Positions 12,100-23,790 of a stretch of DNA of 64,000 nucleotides are shown here, one piece after another. Numbering within the stretch: position 1 is the first letter of the stretch; the number at the start of each line of letters is the position of its first letter. The DNA lies in assembly GCA_030704615.1 (NCBI GenBank), contig CM060732.1, positions 76,074,001-76,138,000 on the forward strand, given 5' to 3'. The stretch comes from Takakia lepidozioides. Lineage: Eukaryota > Plantae > Bryophyta. The position numbers and the translations under genes were made by a program. The notes beneath the pieces are model-generated. The model was not told the origin of the DNA. It saw only the letters and a list, made by a program, of their open reading frames with translations, and did not search any database.

Positions 12100-12460
12100 C
12101 TGGAAAAATGGCGCCGAATTTCTCTTTTTGGGGCCGAAAACTCGCTAAGTCCCAACATGCACTGGTACCTGTGTTTGGGAAAATGGCGCCGAATTTCTCT
12201 TTTTGGGGCCGAAAACTGGCTAAGTCCCAACATGCACTGGTACCGTGTCTGGAAAAATGGCGCCGAATTTCTCTTTTTTGGGCCGAAAACTGGCTAAGTC
12301 CGAACATGCACTGGAAAAATGGCGCCGAATTACATGTCATGAGGGGACCTATAGCCGTGGAATTCGGCACCATTTTTCGCCAGAGAGACCTATTGCCGCG
12401 AAATACGTCGCCGTTTTTTCAGGTTACGGACCCTATTACCGCGAAATTCGGCGCCATATT
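12100..12460. repeat. Right subterminal array of ~75-bp units (3 full plus partial copies)
   Basis: Unit aaaatGGCGCCgaatttctctttttggggccgaaaactggctaagtcccaacatgcactggtacc. It shares GGCGCCGAATTT and CTAAGTCCC with the intronic array. Confidence 0.9.
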
Positions 12461-12628
12461 TGCACATGTCGCTGGGAATTGGCATGAGCGGAAGACGAAA
12501 TATCATGAGCACAACTGTCAAAAGTGCAATTTTCCCTTCAAGGGGCCGAATAATATATTTGTTTTTCCTGACACATTGCATTAAATTATTGTTTTTTATT
12601 GTTTTTTATTTTCGAAATTTGTACTTCT

Positions 12629-12710
12629 GCTCATGAAAACCGATTGTGTTACTACTCTGCTCATGCCGCTCATGCCGCTCATGCCGCTCATGCTCATGAA
12701 ATAGCAAACC
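12629..12710 (-). repeat. Right terminal inverted repeat of MULE copy A, with (gctcatgcc)n subrepeats
   Basis: Its reverse complement ggtttgctatttcatgagcatgagcggcatgagc matches the copy B left end ggggctgctatttcatgagcggcatgagc. Confidence 0.8.
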
Positions 12711-13872
12711 TCCCTCACAGGTACTTTCAGCTTACCATCATTTTGTCACCCAATTCTGTGTCGTGGGCCTTTCAGTGCAACCTCGCAAATGTGCATGCGG
12801 TGTGGTCTCCGTCCGGTCTCCCTGCAGATTTTGTCCTCCCTGCTCACTTCATTGCTTTGCCCAATGGCATCAGAATCATGGGAGTTCCTTTTGGCACCAC
12901 CCAGTTCACAACGTCCTTCTTGGAAGATGCACTCCACCAGGATGCCACCCACGCGATCTCCTTCCTAGGCTTGGAGATGTACAGGTAGCATATGGAATCT
13001 TGACCAAATGTTTTCTTCAGCGTCCCTCATATCACTTGTGCATTATTCCACCCAGCCCAGATTTCCTACACCTCTTATCTGGGTTTGATACTACCATGAT
13101 GACTATCTTCGAGAGATTGTTAGGACCAGGAGCTCTGGAGGGTCCACAGGGACTTTTGCTACGACAGCAAGTCACCCTGCCCATCTCTTCCAGTGGTGTG
13201 GGTCTTTTGTCCACTATCATAACCGCCCCGTCAGCTTTCCTCGGCAGTTGGGCGTTGGTTGCCCCAGCCCTCGCTTCACGATTTTTCTGTGACCATCGTC
13301 CCATCCTTATGGACGCCGTTGCACATATCGACAGTGGCATTTTACCCTTCCGGTAGCATCTCCGCTCTGCACAAGATCTTCTTCCGACACCAGCGAGAGC
13401 ATGTCTACCAACATTTGAGCAGTTGGTTGCTCAAGGCCTCGACCATCTTCAGGAGTCCATTTCCGAGCGCGTGCACCGTCATTCCTTTTCCAGCATGCTC
13501 TCAAGTGCTTCTTCTGAGTTACATCGGGCCCGACTTCTATCATGCGCAGGACCCGAAGCAAGGGCATGGTTGGCAGCACGACCCACTATCGCACATTTTC
13601 GCCTCTCATCCCCTATCTTCAATACTGCGCTCCGCCTTCGACTCGGTTTACCTCATCCTTCGGCATTGGGCTTTCAGAGCTACGTCTGTCATCAGCCCAT
13701 CTATGACCTTGCCATCCATCTCCTCTGTTGTCCATGTGGTAGTGAGCGCACTGCGTCTCATGATATGGTTCGCGATGCGGTGGCATCTATTGTTCGGGAG
13801 GCAGGGTATCATGTATTGCGTGAGCAACCACATCTACGACCCATGCTCACGTCCCACTCTACACGCCGCCGA
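12711..13872 (+). mobile_element. CRE-like RLE-type non-LTR retrotransposon, part 1 (RT C-terminal half and CCHC finger)
   Basis: Motifs GLSVQPRKC, GIRIMGVPFG, QVTLPISSSGVG, AWLAARP...LRLRLGL, C..P....AIHLLCCPCGSERTASHDMVRD. The sequence stops just before the RLE catalytic Asp. Confidence 0.8.
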
Positions 13873-13982
13873 CTTCGCCTCACGGCTACTGCCCCCTCCC
13901 GGGGGTGGGCCCTCTCAAAAAAAGGTGTCCATAGGACACTAGGAGTCTAGAGGAGCAACGGTACCGTGGGTACCTGGGGTAC

Positions 13983-14906
13983 CTAGGGTACCCCAGGTAC
14001 CCCGGGAGCCAGAGAAGGGTTAGATTCAAGTTTACGTTTGTTAGTAATAATGGTTGTGAGGGAGCGGAGGGTTGTGAGGTGTATTGCTTTGAAACATTTA
14101 TGAATGGAGAGGATCGGGAGTTCGAAGTTAGTGTGTAGTGCATCAATACTGGCGTTATGAATGCCACCTCGAGTGCCAGCCGTGATAACCGTCAAAGGAC
14201 CAGTGACCCAGCCCTTATGTCGAAGCGCAAGGATAAGTGGCGCGTATTTAAGCCGTTTGTCTAGCGTTGAATCAGCGGGGTATCGATCATGGCAGTATGT
14301 AAATTCAATAAAGTAGATGGTAAGGTTTGGGGTTGGAGCGGTGGGTGGGGGGGAGTTTATGGGTAAACCATGTACAAGCAAGATGTCTGGGCATAGTCTG
14401 GCGGGGCAGGTGCACGGGGGGTGGGAGCAAGTACAAGGGAGAAGCCAGTGGGGGACGGTGTGGTCTGGGGGTCGTCCTTGGTAAGTACCAGCATTGATTA
14501 GCGAGAACCATCTTGTCTCGGCGCGATGGAGGAGGAGTTTATGGATGTGCCAGACTGCTTGGTTATGGCGGGTTATACGAAGCCCATGGATGACCGGGTG
14601 TGTACATTGGCTAAGAAGGTGTGGCCAGGTGTCACGTTCATGGTGGGTATGAGAACAGAGGGGACAATGCGGGGATGGGAAAAGGCGTGGCCAGAATATG
14701 TGTTTACGTTGATGTCCCATATATTGTACGTATCGGAATTTAAGCGTCTGTTTGATTTGGGCGTCAGTAGCTGCTTTGGAGTGCCAGAAGTAGTTCGAGA
14801 GTTTGTTCTGGAGTACACCGGATTGTGTCCATTTCTGTGTGTATAGTTTAGTGTGGCTAGCAAATACCGAGGTTTGCTTATTGGCTTCTCGAGTAAGGGA
14901 TTTCAA
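13983..14906 (-). CDS. Dualen-like C-terminal CCHC zinc finger and restriction-like endonuclease (RLE)
   Basis: Motifs CPLCS...DTWPHLLSQC, ITRHNQAV, PDILLV, IEFTYC and KRLKYAPL (RHN...PD...E...K..KY). Confidence 0.85.
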   Translation of the reverse strand: MKSLTREANKQTSVFASHTKLYTQKWTQSGVLQNKLSNYFWHSKAATDAQIKQTLKFRYVQYMGHQRKHIFWPRLFPSPHCPLCSHTHHERDTWPHLLSQCTHPVIHGLRITRHNQAVWHIHKLLLHRAETRWFSLINAGTYQGRPPDHTVPHWLLPCTCSHPPCTCPARLCPDILLVHGLPINSPPPTAPTPNLTIYFIEFTYCHDRYPADSTLDKRLKYAPLILALRHKGWVTGPLTVITAGTRGGIHNASIDALHTNFELPILSIHKCFKAIHLTTLRSLTTIITNKRKLESNPSLAPGVPGVP

Positions 14907-15029
14907 AAGGTTGCGTATGGGTCGGGGCTCAAGGGGGTCGGGTATGGGGTGTGTTAGCCAGAATGGGTGAGTATGTGCTATGTGGATGGGATCATTGGTA
15001 GGGTCAACAGGGGGTTCGTCGGCACCTTC

Positions 15030-16346
15030 CTGGGCAAGAAGGTCGGCAGCCTCGTTCCCCCGGATACCTGTGTGTGCGCGTACTTTGATAAAGTGAATGG
15101 GTTGGTAGATGGAGATAGCTAGGTTGGCGATGGCTGTGATGAGATTACGGTCGGAGTGATAATGGTGAGAAGATGGGCAAGAGAGGTAGGTACGGATGAG
15201 AAAGAGCGAGGTGAGGCTGTGTGTGAAGATATAATGTGGAGGGGGAATGAGGATAGTTGGGTGAGCGCTTCAAATATTGCCATTAGTTCTGCATGAAGTA
15301 TGGTGGCAGGACCAGGAAGTCTGTGAGCGGTGCCCTGATTGGTAGCGGCATGGTATACTCCATAACCTGCATGGGAGCCATTGAGGGAGCCGTCAGTGTA
15401 GTGGGAGTGGGATGGCGGAAATTTGGGAGGTATAGATTGGCAGTAGGATGGGAGGAGCGGGGGGAGCGTAGGTGGGGTAGGGGACAGGCGCGGTAGCGTC
15501 CTATTCCATGCCTTGCTTAAGTTAATCCTAGGGAGTGGGCCAGGTGGAATTGTGAGGACTGGGTGTGTGAGATGCTGGGGGTAGATGGTGGTTTTTAGCT
15601 TGTGAGTGCGCTTAAGGAGTTGATCCAGTAGGGCAGGGAAGGTGGGAGGTATGGTGAAATGAGTGGTGTGTTGGACATGAAGAAGAAGGGTAAGGGTGGG
15701 TTCTTTGTAACGAAGGTATTTGGGGAGGGGCGGGGTGTGGATGTACCGGAGTTGGTTAGGTTTGATAGCGGCGAGGAGTGTTACACCGGGTGGGAATTGT
15801 AGGAGGGGGTGGGGACTGTTGGGTAGCTTTTGGTGAGTGAGTAAAAAGATCGTGACGCTTGATGGGGAGGACTGTGTGGCCATACGGGCCCATTGGAGGG
15901 CCTCATGTGTGAGGGGGCCTGAAGGGGGGTGGGCAAATCCCCTCCCTGCCCATGCGTGTTGGGTGGCATGTCCGGTGGCTCCGAAGATGTAGTCTCGGAG
16001 GTGGGGGCTGGCAGAAGTTGTGATTCCCATCGGGCACGTAAGCGGACTGGAATAATATGAATGAGTGAGTTCACTGAGTGGTAATGAGCAGAGAGAGGAT
16101 ATCCAGGGGGATAGTAGTATGAGCAAATACTTGTGATAGTTTTGTCAGGGAACAGGGTTTTTTGGGAAGAGTGTCTTGGAGGTAGCGGGTAGCAAGCCAA
16201 CTGAGTTTGGTAGTGAAGTCTTGGCGGGGTGGGTGGATTTGAGCGTCACAGGGGGAGGAAGTAGAGTATTTAGCCCATAGCCATGCTAGTCTATCATTGG
16301 GAATGAGGCCAAGAAAACGGCCGTTGAAGGTGTAGATAGTTGACAT
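15030..16346 (-). pseudogene. Dualen-like RNase H domain and the linker upstream of it
   Basis: Motifs YTDGSLNGSHAGYGVY and TILHAELMAIFEAL. After a frameshift, FIKVRAHTGIRGNEAADLLAQEG follows (~15030-15095). Confidence 0.8.
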
Positions 16347-16904
16347 ACGAGGGCCTTGACAGATTGTGGGGGAGGTGTGCAGGATATCCTTATCTGGATT
16401 GCATTCAGTAATGTGTATGTGTACGTTAGGGGCGGTAAGTGGTTGATGTACGTGTCGAGCATCTTTGGGTTGGGTTTGGGAGATATGTTGTTGGTGGGTA
16501 TGCGCGAGGTAGTTAGTGTCGGTACGTTTGTGGAATGCGGTGAGGAGTGTGAGATTGTGGGCGGGGTCGCAGTCATCATGTGAGCCAAAGAGGTCATCCT
16601 CGATTTGCCATGAGTTATCATCAGCTGTGTAGCCGGCCCATTGGCATAGGTAATAGGTATCAACACAAGTGGCCCCATATGAGTCTATAGAAGTTTGGGT
16701 TTTAATACCTAAGATGGCTTCAATAACATATGCTTCGGGGTTATCTGTGTGGTCATGATGAGTTTCAGGAGTGCTAGGTGAGGTGGGAGCTGGGGTGGAA
16801 GTAGTTTGCGTAACGAATGGCGTGAGGATGCAGGTGGGAGGGGTCTAGGACGAGTCCCTATCCGAGTGGGGAGATGGTATAGGGGAGGTGGATGTGGATG
16901 GGGT

Positions 16905-17627
16905 CTGAATCTCCCCCAAGAACTCTCTCCCTTGGTCCGTGAGTACCTCAGCTGGAGCACCGAATTGGCTAAGCACACGATCCAGGAATGCATACGTAGC
17001 CCCCTCACTAGCCTTGTCAGGCAATGGAACCAACACAATCCACTTGGAGAAGTGCTCCACCATCACCAACACATATCTGTGGTGACGCATCGTCAGTGGC
17101 AAAGGCCCTGCGAAGTCAAGACTTCACCTGTAGCCCAATCTCATGATGGGTAAAGGATGCAACTGTGGTGTAGGGGCGTTGAATGAAGCACGCACCCTGT
17201 CACACACCATGCACCTAGCAACGAACTGTTGCACCTCTGTGTGCATACCACGCCACCAATACTGCCCCTGCAGTAAACTATGAGTGCGTCGCACTCCAAA
17301 ATGCCCCAACTCCTCATGGGCATGCCGCACTAACCGTGCACGTTGTGTTGGGTGAGGCACGATCCTCACTCGACCATCCTCCCACACTTGAAGCAAGTGT
17401 ATCCCCTCCCACTTGAACCTCTTGGCTCGTTGTAGGATCCGATCCCTCTCCTTGGCAGTCACACTAGCTGCCGTATCTCCAGTGCGGAGGTAATCCAACA
17501 CAACCGAATCCTCATGTATATCTCTGGCACCACCTGGCTCATCACTAGCCTCAGGGTCCTTATACACTCTGTCTACAGTCATCCATGTTGTAGGTCCAAC
17601 CTGACCTCCCGATGCCAAGATACACAA
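16905..17627 (-). pseudogene. Gypsy integrase (HHCC domain and partial core)
   Basis: Motifs HEELGHFGVRRT...YWWRGM...CMVC, LDFAGP, VEHFSKW, FGAPAEVLTDQGREF. Confidence 0.9.
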
Positions 17628-18269
17628 AAAGGCAGATGCATGTCATCTTTGCACCATCTCTTCATCCGTCTCACCATGCCACCGAGCTCCAGTGTCATCC
17701 TGCTGGCTCGTGCATGGATTGTGGCTCAATCCATCCGCATCCCTATTGACCAAACCCAGTCAATGCACAACCTGAACATGTCTCTCATGCTCCTCCACCA
17801 TAGCACGAGAGGCAAAGCAATTCTTGTAAGCCTCAGGAACCGCCGTATACGTCGTCTCTCTCCTCTAGTGACAATTGGTCTAATATCAGGCTCCCAATTG
17901 CCCTTTGTAATTGCAACCTTAAGTCCAGCAGTAGAGGACGCATCCCGTGGTTGCTATGCCGCAACCTCTTGAGCAGTACTCCATGCCTGCGTAGTCAATG
18001 ACAAGGCCTCATCCTGCCCCCATCATCTCATCCTTGAGGACCTCCTCAACCCGAGAAGAATCCCCAACCTCATCCATCACATCCGCCTTGGCTGTCAACT
18101 CCCTCTGAACCTCGAGCACCTCCCACGTGTGTCATGGATGTCTACACCCCGTGGTCCTCACCGGCTCGCCCCCACTCACTGCATGTACCGTCTCGGTAGG
18201 CAGAGAGACCGTCAAGGGAAGTGCACTCCGCACTCTACGTTGCTTAACCATAGCCAAACTGATAATCTA

Positions 18270-19210
18270 GGTCAAGCAATTTAGATCCATTGCTTGCCCC
18301 AACACCTGACGACGTGATGTCTCAGAAAGAGAATGCACCGCCGTGGTCCCAGTGGAAAAACCCATAGTCCGCTCTCGCTCGTCGGCATTAGGCTCCACTA
18401 ACTGCTACAACTGAGCATCCCACAGGAGGCCAGGTCCACTATCCCGGAAAGCATGCGATCCTGGGAAGCTGAGCAGTGTAGGTAGTGATGCTCGTGGTTG
18501 ACCCACCTTGTTGACCACTGCCAAAGGCGGACGGTCATCGTGTTTCACACCTCGAGACTGCATCCCTGTGTCCAAAATGCTATCCACTGTGAGGTGTGCT
18601 GGCCGCTGCACCCCATCAAATGCACGCTTGAGCAGTGCGGGTGGCATCAAATTTTCCACCATAACCGTGGACGATGAGCCCGTGACCCCACTGCAGCTGC
18701 ATCCAACAACACTGCTGATCCAAGCCACGACCGAACTTGGTGCACACTGGCCATCACCCTGGCCCAAGAATTGCCCATCAGTGGCACATTCTCCAAGATG
18801 TATGCTGGAGATACAGCTTGATGAAGCTGTAAGTGGCGCAAAACCCGCACCATCTCCCAAAACATACCCGACCTCGAGTCTCGCAATCCATTGTCATGCT
18901 CGGCTGATGAATGCCCTTGGCAGAGCCAACCTGCCACTACCAAATCAATGGAGCCAACCCGCTCCAAATTATGCGCCCCCAGCAAAGAGATGTCTGCCGG
19001 TAAGGCCTGCTGATATCCACGAACCGCAGACACCGGCAACAACTCAAGGTATTGCTGCACCAACTGAGCAACATGGCGTAGGGAGACGCGTTGTGCAGTC
19101 TCATCCCTCTCCACATACAGGTAACGTCGTGCTCGTACACCTGTCTATAGAACAGCAGCCAACCCGGTGCTGATCCCGCCAAACAAGTCCAGAAGGCAAA
19201 TGCCTTCATC
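18270..19210 (-). pseudogene. Dnmt3-like C5 cytosine DNA methyltransferase domain inside the gypsy polyprotein
   Basis: Motif I LLDLFGGIST, II YVERD, IV IDLVVAGWLCQG, V SGMFWEMVRVL, VI YILENV, VIII AHRPRLWW, IX ERERTMGF, X VLGQAMD. Contains premature stops and a frameshift. Confidence 0.9.
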
Positions 19211-19539
19211 CGGACACTGCCACACGATCGGTGTGGTGTCCAATGGTGACAACTGAGGTGGTCCTGGTGCAATCCCCGCACTGTCCTCCTCTCCTGACGG
19301 TACAAAAGCCTCTACCCAGGCTTGTTGCACACGACAATCAGCAACCCGCTGCAAATCCTTGCTCGAGCCCCACAATGGAGTGTGAGCAACCATGGCAGGC
19401 AACTCCGCCATACCATACATGTCATCCTGCTCTGCCGGAGGTGACACATCCTCTGAATGAGTGTTGTCATCCAACAACTCTCCAGGCCAAGTCACTCCAG
19501 CTGTGAATGCTGCCAGTGTTGGCATCTTGCCTCGCTGGG

Positions 19540-20023
19540 CAACCGCAACTCCTCCTATGAACGTCACGGGAAGCTGCATACGCCGGCCCTCCCCTGACTG
19601 CCATCCAGGCCTATAGGAAGCTGACTCCTCCCAAAAATCCAGGGGGAAGCCCATGGGATACAACACTACCCCACCAACAAGGACATCGTACGAGACCGCG
19701 ACTGTCACAATGGCATTGGCTCTCATCACTGAGCCATCTGTAGGATGATCCGGCTGTAGTCAGATAGCCAACTCACGCCGTGTCATGCCCCGAGTCTGCT
19801 CTGATCCTCCCAGAGATGTCTGTATCTGGAAAGGACACGGCTCCATATCCGCCTCCGTGAGGCCCAAGCTTGCAATAGCAGCTCTGCTCAGCATCAATGG
19901 CTGAGCTTCCGAGTCCAACAACACTCGCAGTGGCCAGTACCTCTTGCCTGCCAGTCCACTCAAACAGAAAATGTCATCCTGGTTATCTAACATGACAACT
20001 CCAGGTGTTACCATGGCGCTCAA
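19540..20023 (-). pseudogene. Retroviral-type aspartic protease
   Basis: RVLLDSEAQPLMLS (DSG-like, degenerate), PFQIQTSLGG, and downstream YDVLVG. Confidence 0.75.
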
Positions 20024-20360
20024 TGGCTGACCTAGCTGACAGCTCCATCAACCTGGCAGCTGTAGCTTGCCATGGCGCCGCCGTGGCAGTCTTGACCCTC
20101 ACATCCGAGGATCCCTCCGACACTACACCTCCCACTATCTCCGCAGAAGAAGAAGTAACCTCCCCACTCTCACAGAGTGTAGCTGCGTGACCAGCCAACC
20201 ATATGAGTGCCTGCGGTGGATTCAGGTGCAGGTGCAGGCTATGTTAGGAACTTAGTATTCCAAACCATAAGCCGCATCAGGTTCTCTACCCGGTTACCTT
20301 GTGGAGAGGGAGTTAGAGATAAGTTCATGACCGGTTGAGTGCTAGTTTGTCAACACGGAG

Positions 20361-21893
20361 GTGCCACTAGTTGTTGGGGAAAGTGCTGGTATGAGCACTA
20401 GCGATACTAGCGGGTATACGAAACGAGGTGTGCAGTTTAGGCCACCTTCACCTCCTGTGTCTTCTACGGAAGGTTCTGATTCGGATTGTGAATCAGGAGG
20501 ACTCACACCAGCGGTGCAAGTTGTTTCCTTGCCATTGTTGTGGGACCCAATGGAGGAGATGTATGGAGCCACCAATGAGCCACAAAGGTACTCTGGGGCG
20601 GTGGGCACCATTGAGTTGGATGATTTTATCCAAGAGTTTGATAGTTGGTGTGACTTGCAGCAAATGCGCAATCCACAACTGTTTACGCCTTTTATGGCAT
20701 GGAAGGGGCTGTTTCAGCACCTTGAGGGACCGCCCATGGATGATTACCATGAGTTTAGGCGGGGGCACGATGTTGAGATCAAGGAGTGGAGGATGTACTG
20801 GTCACCCGACTATGTCTCCATCACTAGAGGCACTAGAGGCACAAGGGCAGTAGCAGCTACAACAGCAGCTTCCACGAGCAGTAGTGGGACTAGTGGTACA
20901 GCAACTACGACGTCCACCCAAGCTACTGCTGCAGCAGCACCAGTGGCGGTGCCTGCCTTCAACCCTGTTGTGGAGTTCTTCGAAGAGTTGAGAAGGAACT
21001 ACCAAGGGGTGAGGACAGAGAAGTTGAGGAGCTTGCAAGAGTTCCAACGGAAGCCTACTGAGAGCTTGAGGGAGGCTTTCACTCGAATGAGGCGCTTAAT
21101 AAATGTAACCCAAGGGGTTACGGAGGCTCAGGCAGTCCAATTCTGGTATGGGATATTGGACAAGGAGCTGAGGAGAAGGGTGCGGGATGCAACTCTCTTA
21201 CAAGCGGCCCAACCCACCTTAGCAAATGTGTTTTTTGCTGGCAGAGCGGATAGAGCTCAACATGGTGAAGGAATGAGTGGTCATGGTGGGATTTGCTAAG
21301 GAGGCACCACGGGGTAGTGGTGCTCCTAGCCAACCACTACCTCAACGTACTTAAGGCAACAAGGGAGCTCAGGTGAAGCCCAGGGAAGGACAGAGAGGAC
21401 CTCAGATGCATGGGTCTCTCCCTTCATTTGCAAGCCAACAACGGGCGGATGTGGTGTGCTGGACATGTGGAGGACCTCATGTCAAGAAGGATTGCCCAGA
21501 GGGAGGCAATGGTTTGGCACCGGCACAACCTGCACAGTTGCAGTGTGGGCATTGTGGCAAGTACGGGCATGGAGAGGCCCAGTGCTATGGTTTGCATCCT
21601 GAGTTGCACCCAGGCCAGTTCCAAGGGAACAATGGTGGCCGGGGGCGAGGTGGAGCAGCCCAGAGAGGACGCGGTGGCCAGGCACGAGGTGCAGGCCAAG
21701 GGCAAGCTCAACATGGCCAAGGACGCGGAGGTCAGGGTGGTGACCAAGGCATGGCCAACCGGCTTCAGCAGCTAGAGCAGAAGCTCGCGGCCATGGCCAC
21801 AGCTCAGGTGGTACCGGCTCCAAGGCCGGATGGTCCACCTCCTACTCCTGAGGGAGGAGACATGGGAGGCATGGGATTCATGTGCGGGGCAGC
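20361..21893 (+). pseudogene. Gypsy Gag with two zinc knuckles, in inverted orientation relative to its pol
   Basis: YSGAVGTIELDDFIQEFDSW...FQRKPTESLREAFTRMRRL is a retrotransposon Gag motif. The knuckles are CWTCGGPHVKKDC and CGHCGKYGHGEAQC. Confidence 0.8.
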
Positions 21894-23790
21894 ACTACCA
21901 CTAGTGAGGGGTGCCACTACCACTACCACTGTGGGTGGGGCACCACTACCACTAGTGTCGGGCAAAACTACCACTCACCTCCAACCTCACCACAGGAGAA
22001 ACAAAGATGGTCTGACTGGTCATCAACCCAGCCTCACCATCGACAGCATGCTCTAGGGTGGGATCGGCGATCAAGCCCGAGTCCACCACCTATAAAATCA
22101 AGCGCCCACACACCAGCACGCTCTCGTCCCAACACCCTCTTTTTTCCTCTCTTCTCTCACTTGCATGACCATGAGAGCATCCTGTAGACACTCCTCAAAC
22201 CGCCCTCCACGAGCTTATGAAACTTGGCCTCCAAGGCCCCATACAAGCCTCCACAGGGTCTGCCAGTACCTCCTTACGTCCACCCGCCATTCCTCAGAAT
22301 GGAACCACCTCAGGAAACCAAACCACGCTATTCACTGAAGGTTCAAAAATGGAGCAAATAGAGGTACATATAGGCCCCAACAACATTCTGTCCAAAGGAA
22401 TTACCTGCAGGCTGGTCTCCCCCATAGTTAAGAACTGGGCTGAAAACCCGAAAAGATTACCTGCAGGGAAGTAATCCCCTTTGTTAAAACGCAACAGGGA
22501 GGCAATTCCGACTTTTTTGCCGGATCAGCTAGCTCAAAACCGTTGTTCTTCAGAGCCCAGCCTCCCCATCAAGATCCCACGAAACGAGTGAAAAAAGACA
22601 CTCGTTTTTTTTTTTTTTTTTTTTTTTTCACTCTTCCTGTTCGCGGCCTTCCGTGGCTCTAACCGCCACTACTCCTCACGGCCCGCCCTAGACACTCGTT
22701 GGCCACGGGCTGCCCAGTGATACCCCGTGGTACCACTCCCACGAGCCTTCACGGCCCGCCATCCCCACGATCTGGTTACCGTCCCCACCCGTTGTGTCCG
22801 CACCACGACTTCCAACGGTCACGGTCAACGGTCACGGTCAACCATCACGACCTGGGCTCGTGGTATCTCGTGATACCGTCCCAACGGCCCATCACGGCCA
22901 CTATTCCCTGCGTTCCCTGGAACTCCCATCGAGTTCCCGACGTTCCCACGCGTTCCCGAGCTGGGGTTTGCTCCTGCACCTGCTGCCGACGAGCTATGGC
23001 TTTTGCGGAGCCATCAGCCCCGTCGCCCTGCACTCCTGAGCTCTCATGGCCCACTAGAAGTGCCCCCAACTCAACAAGCAAGCCATATGCTGCCCAACAA
23101 GCTCCATTTTGAAGCTCACAAAAACGAATCTGAAAATACACACCTTTACAAGCCTGGTGCACCTGCACTTCTCATGCATATCCCCTGGCTCTAGGGCGCC
23201 TTGTTGCTGCCTTTCCAGCCCCGCTCTTGCCACTCTAAGAGCCCTTATACTATTGAGTTTCAGATTCAAACTCCAACTCAGCACATGCTTCACAAGTGCA
23301 CTGATTTGCACACAAGGGGGACCAGCCACCTCTCTTCACTCATACCTCTTCATGAACTTGGAGCTAAAGCTCCCAACGGGCTGCGATGCATCCCCTCGCA
23401 GCTCCACCATTCGGTTGCTCCTCATCTACCCGCAACAACTAGTTTCGGGCAGAAATACCTGGAGCTGATCATATCATCTCCAACCTGCAACACGCTAGTT
23501 TCTATGCGTAGCCCACATTTCTGCAGCTCCTTAACTCGGCCTGTAGCTGAAGAAGACAACCACCAGTATATATTAAGTCGAACCAAGTGCACCCCACGCC
23601 ATGGGGAATCCACACTACGGCGCCATAGCTAGACGCGGTAAGGCTCAACTCGAGAAAGATGAGCCCACCGCAATCTGTTGTGAAGATAACAACGTCAGGT
23701 GCCCAAACATGTATTGGCCCCTGGATTGACACTTGGATCAATCCCAAATATCAATATATAAAAGCTAGCTATTTCCTAGCTAACTTCACA

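Larger units (their letters stand above)
1..12710. mobile_element. Mutator-like (MULE) DNA transposon, copy A (left ~640 bp outside the window)
   Basis: Near-identical to 45889-57373 (position 1 corresponds to 45889). Contains a DDE transposase and a SWIM finger. The right end ...gctcatgaaatagcaaacc (12692-12710) is the inverted counterpart of the copy B left end ggggctgctatttcatgagc (45250). Immediately after it, LINE RT sequence resumes (PSQVLSAYHHFVTQF..GLSVQPRKC). Confidence 0.9.
16905..23790 (-). mobile_element. Ty3/gypsy LTR retrotransposon carrying a C5 DNA methyltransferase (LTR/leader, inverted gag, PR, DNMT, deleted RT/RH, truncated INT)
   Basis: Begins with TG (tgtgaagttag on -) at 23790, exactly where the Dualen RT sequence stops. 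Contains protease, DNMT and integrase motifs. It is truncated after TDQGREFLGE at ~16905. Confidence 0.75.

Noticed and set aside
23611-23626. TGGCGCCGTAG on - as the PBS of the gypsy-DNMT element
   Set aside because: It is not preceded by an LTR-terminal CA, and there is no second LTR to confirm it.
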